Positions 11,421 to 21,900 of a DNA stretch of 64,000 nt are shown piece after piece. This stretch comes from Eledone cirrhosa (taxonomy: Eukaryota). The notes under the pieces are model-generated. The model did not search any database, had not been told where the DNA came from, and saw nothing but the letters and a program-made list of their open reading frames with translations. Each line of letters starts with the position of its first letter. The stretch's first letter is position 1. The stretch is from NCBI GenBank assembly GCA_964016885.1, contig OZ024765.1, positions 10,912,001 through 10,976,000 of the forward strand, given 5' to 3'. The translations under genes and the position numbers were made by a program.

Positions 11421-11959
11421 TCCCTGGTTAAGGAGTGAGATAAAATATTAGGGATCAATCTCTACTAATAATTTCATTAAATCATATTTAACCAGAGACT
11501 GTTATGACGTGGTTTCAATGTTTAACAGGGGTTGTAGAATTAGCTTTATCTAATTATTATGAAACAAAACAGATTTATATATTGTCGCCGTTGTACGTTA
11601 AAATCGCATATATATTTATATACACACCAAGGATGGAGGGACGACGGAATTGAAAACGATTATTGCTGAGTACATCACGGCAAGATCTAATCTAATACAC
11701 ACACACACTCTCCCGTATATATTTAATAATCAGATATGACCATGAAGAAGGTCCCTGTAGATCATCTGGTTGTAGGATCTAATGAACCCGAAAGAAAGTG
11801 AAAATATATTTTATGAAAGCCCCAGAAGAATAAATGTAAACATTGACTCGATTATAGTAGAAATAACAATGAGAAAGCCATGAACGCCAGCACATCTATT
11901 TTGCTTGGAAATTGAAAGTAGGTTTATAAATATTAATTTTTTCTTATGTTCTTGTATCT

Positions 11960-12020
11960 GTTTCGTTGGCCTAATCGTAGGTGTTAGAGACTGATGTGGT
12001 GTTCAATCTCAGTCCGAATC
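11960..12020 (+). ncRNA. tRNA-like element A (internally shortened; A box lost in units 2-5); one per unit
   Basis: A box tggcctaat(c/g)g, B-box remnant gttcaatctc, upstream tttataaatattaatttt motif. Confidence 0.45.
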
Positions 12021-12085
12021 TGTACTATATATTTTAAAATTTAAATTTTTCTCTAGCAAAGTAAAAAATGAAATTATTACCTATA

Positions 12086-12157
12086 GACTTTGACTGAGAT
12101 CGAAACTCAGAGCAGGTTCTCCACCGTCTCTAATACCTACCATTAGGCCACGGAGAC
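12086..12157 (-). ncRNA. tRNA-like element B (pseudo-tRNA / SINE-head-like); one per unit
   Basis: Minus strand GTCTCCG TGGCCTAATGG TAGGTATT AGAGA CGGTGGA GAACC TGCT CTGAG TTTCGAT CTCAG. A box, paired T-arm and tRNA spacing are present; acceptor and anticodon stems do not pair. Confidence 0.6.
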
Positions 12158-12238
12158 AGACATAAAAACAGTGTGAAAATTAATATTTATAAAGTTACTT
12201 TTTTATTTTTGTTTTATACTATAAAAAATATAATACGA

Positions 12239-12310
12239 CACACTGCCAGTGATTGAACCCTGGACCTGGACCTCCACCGGCTCTTATACTTACCACTAGG
12301 CTAAAGGGAC
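12239..12310 (-). ncRNA. tRNA-like element C; one per unit
   Basis: Minus strand GTCCCTT TAGCCTAGTGG TAAGTAT...CCAGGGTTCAATCACTGG: A box, B box GGTTCAATC, and a T-run downstream. Confidence 0.6.
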
Positions 12311-12360
12311 GGTTACATAAACTTACTGAAAAATTGATATTTATAAACCTACTTTTTCAT

Positions 12361-12535
12361 TACTAGAAAAAACCGGAAGTGGAGAAAATTGAAAAACATC
12401 TTCTTTTTCTCCCTCTGATTTTTTTTTAACCAAAATTTGGATTTAAGTCAGAGACGAGTTATCGTTCGTGGCAAAAATCAGAGGAAGAAAAAGAAGAAGT
12501 TTTTCAATTTTCTCCACTTCCGGTTTTTTCTAGTA
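12361..12535. repeat. Near-perfect hairpin, 63-bp arms with ~49-bp spacer; one per unit
   Basis: 12361-12423 is the reverse complement of 12473-12535 with 1-2 mismatches. The symmetry extends imperfectly through tRNA-like elements C and D. Confidence 0.95.
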
Positions 12536-12575
12536 TAGGTAAGTAAATATTAATTTTCAAAAAATTTTTGTAACC

Positions 12576-12647
12576 GTCCCTGTGGCCTAATGGTAAGTAC
12601 TAGAGACGGTGGAGATCCTCATTTTGGGTTCGATTTCCGTTAGGTTC
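12576..12647 (+). ncRNA. tRNA-like element D; one per unit
   Basis: GTCCCTG TGGCCTAATGG TAAGTACT AGAGA CGGTGGA GATCC...GGGTTCGATTTCC: clear A box and B box at tRNA spacing; cloverleaf incomplete. Confidence 0.65.
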
Positions 12648-13498
12648 TATACTAATAACTGCGTATTTGTTGCTTTTATCAAGTAAGATTTGAACTCATA
12701 ATGCTGTACTTTGTAGTAATGTCCCATATTATATTCAACATATTTTAATTAAAATTTGTTTTTTTTATAAAAGAAAGAACAAAAAACCTTATTGAAATTA
12801 AGAAATGAATTTTATTCAGTAAAGTTGTTTTTATTTTGTTTTCACTTCATTAACTGCTGAATACGTCTTTTGTTTTTGTTTTTGATTCTTTCTAACCATT
12901 GTTTACTGTGAATGGTGACTGCAACGAACCTGGATTATTACCAAGTTTCACTGGATGATTGTATTATTTTGTTGTTAGTGGACATCTGGACATCTATCTA
13001 AATACCTGGAATAAACACAAGGTGTGTGTTTTACGTAACATTTCATTTTAATGTCTGATGTTCCTGTATTTCACATTTAAAATGTAACCAAAAATAAACA
13101 AGACAGGGACGCTACATCAAAATAAACCACACAGACGAGGTACGAATAATCTAAAATAATTAATTTTAACAAACTATAAACGATGTTTAAAGAGAGACGA
13201 ACATTAAAATAGGATTTCAAACAAACACGTAAACACAAAGACAATTACAGCCGCCATAATCTAATATCTGAAGATCAACATTTTTCACGATAGAAATAAA
13301 ACTAAATATGTAAAGTTTAGTGGCCCCTGATTTACTTGCTTTTAATTTCATTTTGATAATCTGTATTCTGTAGACATATATTTATGATTTTAATGATGAA
13401 ATTTCCTCTTGTCTTTAAAAGATTATTACTTATAAAACTTATAATTGCCACCTCCTCCTCTCGATTAATATATAGCATCATTCGAGGTAGCTTACCCA

Positions 13499-13805
13499 CA
13501 GGGGTTCCTCAACTGGGCGGTTTCAACTGTTGGGTGGGCGATGAGCAGCTGAACAGAAAATTGAGGGCCATTGGAAACTTTGGTGGCCGATATAGAATTT
13601 TGAGATTTAAGAAGGTATGCTACCCGAAAACCTATTCAAGGAATATATGCAAAGAACCTGAATAAAAATCAGGAAGCTAATTGGGAAAATTAAACCAGGA
13701 ATAAACATATTTGGTATACTTTGGAATATTTACTATACAGGTGGCTGGTGGGACATTTTTTCATGTGAATGTGGGAAATGACGCCAAAATATTTGGCAAC
13801 CCTTG
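13499..13805. mobile_element. hAT-type MITE (~310 bp); one per unit, right end deleted in the last unit
   Basis: Ends CAGGGGTTCCTCAAC ... TTTGGCAACCCTTG resemble hAT TIRs (CAGGGGTTCCCAAAC). Flanks gcttaccc(a) / gcttacac form an imperfect 8-bp TSD. Confidence 0.6.
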
Positions 13806-14469
13806 GCTTACACCTTACTAAATGTTCTGGAGACAAGCCTCTTCGCTATATATCATAGTTCTTCAATCCTTCATCTTCCACAGTTGGTGAAGTATCTCGA
13901 TTTGATATGACGATCGCAGAGTTAGATTTAGGACGTGGTGGCGTTCATGGGTTTCTTAGTGTTGTTACTAGAAAGGGTCGACTGTCTTTCACACTTCAGG
14001 TTTTTTCATGAATTAAATATCCATTTTCTTTCTGATCGGTCTAACAATGATTTGAACCTACAATGACTCCGTCTGTAATAATGTTCTCTTATTTGAAATA
14101 TGCCATACCTAACTCCCGTGTCTGTGTGTGTGAAAAATATTCCAACTGAGAGCGACGTGCCCGTAAATTGTTTAGCCCGATTCCTATATATGGATAATGT
14201 GTAATATTTGAACCTTCATGGAGGGTCTTTGCCGTAATTTCCCGTAACTCCGACTAGAAGTCATTATGTAGTTTTTTCGTCCGTTAAAAATAATGATTAA
14301 AACAATTCTATATCCACAGTTATATACACCTCTTCATCACATATTATATTATTTCCACCAATAACTACATTATATCCTTAAATATGACACCAAGGCATAT
14401 AATTTGTAAATAAAAGATAAAATATTAAAACCTCAATTTTTAAATAATTTTACCCCACCTTTGTGTTCT

Positions 14470-14595
14470 CAGTGTTTAGATTAACCCATAATCTTATGAT
14501 TTTGGCGCATATAACTTATAGTACCAGTCATGTACTGGGATCAATTTAACGGATTGGTTCCTCCCCGCAAATAACTTGACTTTTGCCTAAGCAAG
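14470..14595 (+). mobile_element. Highly decayed Nin-type SINE 3' part; one per unit, with a counterpart at ~61385-61505
   Basis: agtaccagtcatgtactgggatcaatttaacggattgg...ttgacttttgcctaa resembles the tail of the SINEs at 9001-9175 and 62260-62364. Confidence 0.55.
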
Positions 14596-15119
14596 ACATA
14601 CTCACAGAATGTATCGATGTATATGTATGAATGTATATATATATATATTAGTATATTTTATGTTTACAATAAAAATAGACAAACAATTTAATGATAATAT
14701 GAAATGAAATTATTATTATTTATTAATAATATTTTTATTGTTTTCACTGCATTAACTTCTGAGTGTGACTTTGTTTTTCTTACTATTTTCTACTGTAAAT
14801 GGCGGCTTAATTGGATTATTACTAAGGTTTACTGGATTGTGGTGTTTCTTTATTGTTTTATATTTCAATCAGTGGACATCAGGATAGCTTTCTATATACC
14901 TCGGATAAATGTAAAGAGTACTGACTTTCATCTGCAGTTCAATGGTGATGTCTTCTTATATTTTCATTTACTTCTGCAATACTGTATATTGTAGTCTGTT
15001 CATTATTTTAAATATTTCTATCATGTCACTCGTTTGATATATCTCCCCGAAAGATATAGTTATTCAGAGCCTTACATTGGAATAGTGTACTACTATTTAA
15101 ATATTAGTCCTTTAAATAT

Positions 15120-15460
15120 ATATTTCTATCATGTCCCCCCCCCCCCCCCCCAACCCTCTTAGATTTATCTCCTCTAAATTTGCAATCCCTAAAGTTTAAC
15201 ATCTTTCTTCAGAAGACAGATTTCTTAATAATTCTGGTGTTTTCTGTTTTGTTCTTTTCTGGATTCCTTCAATAGCTTCTCCGTATTTTCTGAAGTCGTC
15301 TGACCATGCCCCAAAACAATATTCTAGGTCGTATCACACATATCATTCAACTAGTGTTTTAGACCTCTCGACATTTAGCTAGGCAAAGGAATGTTTTATT
15401 ATTCCTATCATCTGAATTCCTTTTTTTTTCTTCAACATGTTTAGCCATCTTTAAAATCAT
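15120..15460 (-). mobile_element. Decayed CR1/L2-clade LINE ORF2 C-terminal fragment; one per unit
   Basis: Minus-strand translation QMIGIIKHSFA*LNVERSKTLVE*YV*YDLEYCFGAWSDDFRKYGEAIEGIQKRTKQKTPELLRNLSSEERC*TLGIANLEEINLRG..DMIEIY follows the CR1 pattern LG.I.RSF...VRP.LEY...WSP...IE.VQRRATK.IP.L..LSYEERL..L.L..LE.RRLRGDMIE.Y. Confidence 0.85.
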
Positions 15461-15897
15461 ATTCATACATATTCACAATTCCTCGTGGAGGGGTATAAGA
15501 GACATGTATAAATATAGCTGCATATTACTACAAAATAACTTGAACCATATCGCGAAACATGTTGTAAAGTATCTCTGTAATTATTCTCATTTCGATTTTC
15601 TGTAGAATGTATTGACGTTTAAGATAGAGACAATTGCCCTTCTTCTAATAATCTCTTTGTCCATTCCATGTTTAGTCTCACAAAATATTGTTAATGCAAG
15701 ATTTTGCTCTAATGTAATAAATGTTACTTTTAAAAGACCGAAGTTCTCAATTTTCTTCTTTCTCTTGTATATTGATATCTAAAGGATGACAAATGTATGA
15801 ATTATGTGATAGGGAGGAAAAAAAGCCACGACCTTCTTCTCTCGTTACAGAAAGCTAACTGACAACGTCTTTCGCAGGAGTGACTAGTACTACTGCC

Positions 15898-15906
15898 TTT
15901 TATATA
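15898..15906 (-). promoter_or_regulatory. Candidate TATA box (TATATAAAA), in 10 array units and 3 diverged paralogs
   Basis: Minus strand gTATATAAAAGGcag. Conserved at 11334-11342, 60825-60832 and 63802-63809. TGATAA (GATA) motif upstream. No expression evidence. Confidence 0.35.
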
Positions 15907-18900
15907 CCGTGACAACTGGAAAGACGTGACAAATAAGGAAACACTCTGCTCTCCTTATCAACATTGTCCGAGTCTGAGGACCTTTCCTCCCTGGTTAAGG
16001 AGTGAGATAAAATATTAGGGATCAATCTCTAGCAATAATTTCATTAAATCATATTTAACCAGAGACTGTTATGTCGTGGTTGTTGCTATATTTTATAGTC
16101 GTGGTTTCAATGTTTAACAGGGGTTGTAGAATTAGCTTTATCTAATTATTATCAAACAAAACAGATTTATATATTGTCGCCGTTGTACGTTAAAATCACA
16201 TATATATTTATATACACACCAAGGATGGAGGGACGACGGAATTGAAAACCATTATTGCTGAGTACATCACGGCAAGATCTAATACACACACACTCTCCCG
16301 TATATATTTAATAATCAGCTATGACCATGAAGAAGGTCCCTGTAGATCATCTGGTTGTAGGATCTAATGAACCCGAAAGAAAGTGAAAATATATTTTATG
16401 AAAGCCCCAGAAGAATAAATGTAAACATTGACCCGATTATAGTAGAAATAACAATGAGAAAGCCATGAACGCCAGCACATCTATTTTGCTTGGAAATTAA
16501 AAGTAGGTTTATAAATATTAATTTTTTCTTATGTGCTTGTAATTTTTTGGTAGGTGTTAGAGACTATGTAGAGACTGATGTGGTGTTCAATCTCAGTCCG
16601 ATTCTGTACTATATATTTTTAAATTTAAATTTTTCTCTAGTAAAGTAAAAAAGGAAATTATTATCTATAGACTTTGACTGAAATCGAAACCCAAAGCAGG
16701 TTCTCCACCGTCTCTAATACCTACCATTTGGCCACGGAGACAGATATACAAACAAAGCGAAAATTAATATTTATAAAGTTACTTTTTTATTTTTGTTTTA
16801 TACTATAAAAAATATAATACGACATACTGCCAGTGATTGAACCCCGGACCTGGACCTCCACCGGCTCTTATACTTACCACTAGGCTAAAGGGACGGTTAC
16901 AGAAACTTACTGAAAATTGATATTTATAAACCTACTTTTTCATTACTAGAAAAAACCGGAAGTGGAGAAAATTGAAAAACATCTTCTTTTTCTTCCTCTG
17001 ATTTTTTTTTAACCAAAATTTGGATTTAAGTCAGAGACGAGTTATCGTTCGTGGCAAAAATCAGAGGAAGAAAAAGAAGAAGTTTTTCAATTTTCTCCAC
17101 TTCCGGTTTTTTCTAGTATAGGTAAGTAAATATTAATTTTCAAAAAATTTTTGTAACCGTCCCTGTGGCCTAATGGTAAGTACTAGAGACGGTGGAGATC
17201 CTCATTTTGGGTTCGATTTCCGTTAGGTTCTATACTAATAACTGCGTATTTGTTGCTTTTATCAAGTAAGATTTGAACTCATAATGCTGTACTTTGTAGT
17301 AATGTCCCATATTATATTCAACATATTTTAATTAAAATTTGTTTTTTTTATAAAAGAAAGAACAAAAAACCTTATTGAAATTAAGAAATGAATTTTATTC
17401 AGTAAAGTTGTTTTTATTTTGTTTTCACTTCATTAACTGCTGAATACGTCTTTTGTTTTTGTTTTTGATTCTTTCTAACCATTGTTTACTATGAATGGTG
17501 ACTGCAACGAACCTGGATTATTACCAAGTTTCACTGGATGATTGTATTATTTTGTTGTCAGTGGACATCTGGACATCTATCTAAATACCTGGAATAAACA
17601 CAAGGTGTGTGTTTTACGTAACATTTCATTTTAATGTCTGATGTTCCTGTATTTCACATTTAGAATGTAACCAAAAATAAACAAGACAGGGACGCTACAT
17701 CAAAATAAACCACACAGACGAGGTACGAATAATCTAAAATAATTAATTTTAACAAACTATAAACGATGTTTAAAGAGAGACGAACATTAAAATAGGATTT
17801 CAAACAAACACGTAAACACAAAGACAATTACAGCCGCCATAATCTAATATCTGAAGATCAACATTTTTCACGATAGAAATAAAACTAAATATGTAAAGTT
17901 TAGTGGCCCCTGATTTACTTGCTTTTAATTTCATTTTGATAATCTGTATTCTGTAGACATATATTTATGATTTTAATGATGAAATTTCCTCTTGTCTTTA
18001 AAAGATTATTACTTATAAAACTTATAATTGCCACCTCCTCCTCTCGATTAATATATAGCATCATTCGAGGTAGCTTACCCACAGGGGTTCCTCAACTGGG
18101 CGGTTTCAACTGTTGGGTGGGCGATGAGCAGCTGAACAGAAAATTGAGGGCCATTGGAAACTTTGGTGGCCGATATAGAATTTTGAGATTTAAGAAGGTA
18201 TGCTACCCGAAAACCTATTCAAGGAATATATGCAAAGAACCTGAATAAAAATCAGGAAGCTAATTGGGAAAATTAAACCAGGAACAAACATTTACGAAAC
18301 ATATTTGGTATACTTTGGAATATTTACTATACAGGTGGCTGGTGGAACATTTTTTCATGTGAATATGGGAAATGACGCCAAAATATTTGGCAACCCTTGG
18401 CTTACACCTTACTAAATGTTCTGGAAACAAGCCTCTTCGCTATATATCATAGTTCTTCAATCCTTCATCTTCCACAGTTGGTGAAGTATTTCGATTTGAT
18501 ATGATGATCGCAGAGTTAGATTTAGGACGTGGTGGCGTTCATGGGTTTCTTAGTGTTGTTACTAGAAAGGGTCGACTGTCTTTCACACTTCAGGTTTTTT
18601 CATGAATTAAATATCCATTTTCTTTCTGATCGGTCTAACAATGATTTGAACCTACAATGACTCCGTCTGTAATAATGTTCTCTTATTTGAAATATGCCAT
18701 ACCTAACTCCCGTGTCTGTGTGTGTGAAAAATATTCCAACTGAGAGCGACGTGCCCGTAAATTGTTTAGCCCGATTCCTATATATGGATAATGTGTAATA
18801 TTTGAACCTTCATGGAGGGTCTTTGCCGTAATTTCCCGTAACTCCGACTAGAAGTCATTATGTAGTTTTTTCGTCCGTTAAAAATAATGATTAAAACAAT

Positions 18901-21900
18901 TCTATATCCACAGTTATATACACCTCTTCATCACATATTATATTATTTCCACCAATAACTACATTATATCCTTAAATATGACACCAAGGCATATAATTTG
19001 TAAATAAAAGATAAAATATTAAAACCTCAATTTTTAAATAATTTTACCCCACCTTTGTGTTCTCAGTGTTTAGATTAACCCATAATCTTATGATTTTGGA
19101 GCATATAACTTATAGTACCAGTCATGTACTGGGATAAATTTAACGGATTGGTTCCTCCCCGCAAATAACTTGACTTTTGCCTAAGCAAGACATACTCACA
19201 GAATGTATCGATGTATATGTATGAATGTATATATATATATATTAGTATATTTTATGTTTACAATAAAAATAGACAAACAATTTAATGATAATATGAAATG
19301 AAATTATTATTATTTATTAATAATATTTTTATTGTTTTCACTGCATTAACTTCTGAGTGTGACTTTGTTTTTCTTACTATTTTCTACTGTAAATGGCGGC
19401 TTAATTGGATTATTACTAAGGTTTACTGGATTGTGGTGTTTCTTTATTGTTTTATATTTCAATCAGTGGACATCAGGATAGCTTTCTATATACCTCGGAT
19501 AAATGTAAAGAGTACTGACTTTCATCTGCAGTTCAATGGTGATGTCTTCTTATATTTTCATTTACTTCTGCAATACTGTATATTGTAGTCTGTTCATTAT
19601 TTTAAATATTTCTATCATGTCACTCGTTTGATATATCTCCCCGAAAGATATAGTTATTCAGAGCCTTACATTGGAATAGTGTACTACTATTTAAATATTA
19701 GTCCTTTAAATATATATTTCTATCATGTCCCCCCCCCCAACCCTCTTAGATTTATCTCCTCTAAATTTGCAATCCCTAAAGTTTAACATCTTTCTTCAGA
19801 AGACAGATTTCTTAATAATTCTGGTGTTTTCTGTTTTGTTCTTTTCTGGATTCCTTCAATAGCTTCTCCGTATTTTCTGAAGTCGTCTGACCATGCCCCA
19901 AAACAATATTCTAGGTCCTATCACACATATCATTCAACTAGTGTTTTATACCTCTCGACATTTAGCTAGGCAAAGGAATGTTTTATTATTCCTATCATCT
20001 GAATTCCTTTTTTTTTCTTCAACATGTTTAGCCATCTTTAAAATCATATTCATACATATTCACAATTCCTCGTGGAGGGGTATAAGAGACATGTATAAAT
20101 ATAGCTGCATATTACTACAAAATAACTTGAACCATATCGCGAAACATGTTGTAAAGTATCTCTGTAATTATTCTCATTTCGATTTTCTGTAGAATGTATT
20201 GACGTTTAAGATAGAGACAATTGCCCTTCTTCTAATAATCTCTTTGTCCATTCCATGTTTAGTCTCACAAAATATTGTTAATGCAAGATTTTGCTCTAAT
20301 GTAATAAATGTTACTTTTAAAAGACCGAAGTTCTCAATTTTCTTCTTTCTCTTGTATATTGATATCTAAAGGATGACAAATGTATGAATTATGTGATAGG
20401 GAGGGAAAAAAGCCACGACCTTCTTCTCTCGTTACAGAAAGCTAACTGACAACGTCTTTCGCAGGAGTGACTAGTACTACTGCCTTTTATATACCGTGAC
20501 AACTGGAAAGACGTGACAAATAAGGAAACACTCTGCTCTCCTTATCAACATTGTCCGAGTCTGAGGACCTTTCCTCCCTGGTTAAGGAGTGAGATAAAAT
20601 ATTAGGGATCAATCTCTAGCAATAATTTCATTAAATCATATTTAACCAGAGACTGTTATGTCGTGGTTGTTGCTATATTTTATAGTCGTGGTTTCAATGT
20701 TTAACAGGGGTTGTAGAATTAGCTTTATCTAATTATTATCAAACAAAACAGATTTATATATTGTCGCCGTTGTACGTTAAAATCACATATATATTTATAT
20801 ACACACCAAGGATGGAGGGACGACGGAATTGAAAACCATTATTGCTGAGTACATCACGGCAAGATCTAATACACACACACTCTCCCGTATATATTTAATA
20901 ATCAGCTATGACCATGAAGAAGGTCCCTGTAGATCATCTGGTTGTAGGATCTAATGAACCCGAAAGAAAGTGAAAATATATTTTATGAAAGCCCCAGAAG
21001 AATAAATGTAAACATTGACCCGATTATAGTAGAAATAATAATGAGAAAGCCATGAACGCCAGCACATCTATTTTGCTTGGAAATTAAAAGTAGGTTTATA
21101 AATATTAATTTTTTCTTATGTGCTTGTAATTTTTTGGTAGGTGTTAGAGACTATGTAGAGACTGATGTGGTGTTCAATCTCAGTCCGATTCTGTACTATA
21201 TATTTTTAAATTTAAATTTTTCTCTAGTAAAGTAAAAAAAGAAATTATTATCTATAGACTTTGACTGAAATCGAAACCCAAAGCAGGTTCTCCACCGTCT
21301 CTAATACCTACCATTTGGCCACGGAGACAGATATACAAACAAAGCGAAAATTAATATTTATAAAGTTACTTTTTTATTTTTGTTTTATACTATAAAAAAT
21401 ATAATACGACATACTGCCAGTGATTGAACCCCGGACCTGGACCTCCACCGGCTCTTATACTTACCACTAGGCTAAAGGGACGGTTACAGAAACTTACTGA
21501 AAATTGATATTTATAAACCTACTTTTTCATTACTAGAAAAAACCGGAAGTGGAGAAAATTGAAAAACATCTTCTTTTTCTTCCTCTGATTTTTTTTTAAC
21601 CAAAATTTGGATTTAAGTCAGAGACGAGTTATCGTTCGTGGCAAAAATCAGAGGAAGAAAAAGAAGAAGTTTTTCAATTTTCTCCACTTCCGGTTTTTTC
21701 TAGTATAGGTAAGTAAATATTAATTTTCAAAAAATTTTTGTAACCGTCCCTGTGGCCTAATGGTAAGTACTAGAGACGGTGGAGATCCTCATTTTGGGTT
21801 CGATTTCCGTTAGGTTCTATACTAATAACTGCGTATTTGTTGCTTTTATCAAGTAAGATTTGAACTCATAATGCTGTACTTTGTAGTAATGTCCCATATT

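Noticed and set aside
11738-11800. Second hammerhead (catgaagaagg...cccgaaa) in each unit
   Set aside because: The core lacks C3, there is no stem III or cleavage triplet after GAAA, and the region is better explained as part of an inverted paralogous block.
12086-12647. Functional tRNA-His(GTG) genes
   Set aside because: Acceptor and anticodon stems do not pair and U33 is absent; kept only as tRNA-like elements.
13384-13665. Repeated 93/111-aa ORF as a multicopy gene
   Set aside because: It runs across a MITE boundary, has no recognisable domain, and is altered by indels or stops in several units. Its recurrence only reflects the tandem repeat.
14704-14994. 96-aa hydrophobic ORF with a signal-peptide-like start (MKLLLFINNIF...)
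   Set aside because: The F/I/L richness follows from T-rich DNA, and the paralogs at 12805 and 61929 have early stops in the equivalent frame. It cannot be excluded entirely without expression data.
19893-20192. 99-aa ORF present in units 2-4
   Set aside because: Largely antisense to the decayed CR1 fragment; opened by a single stop-removing substitution.
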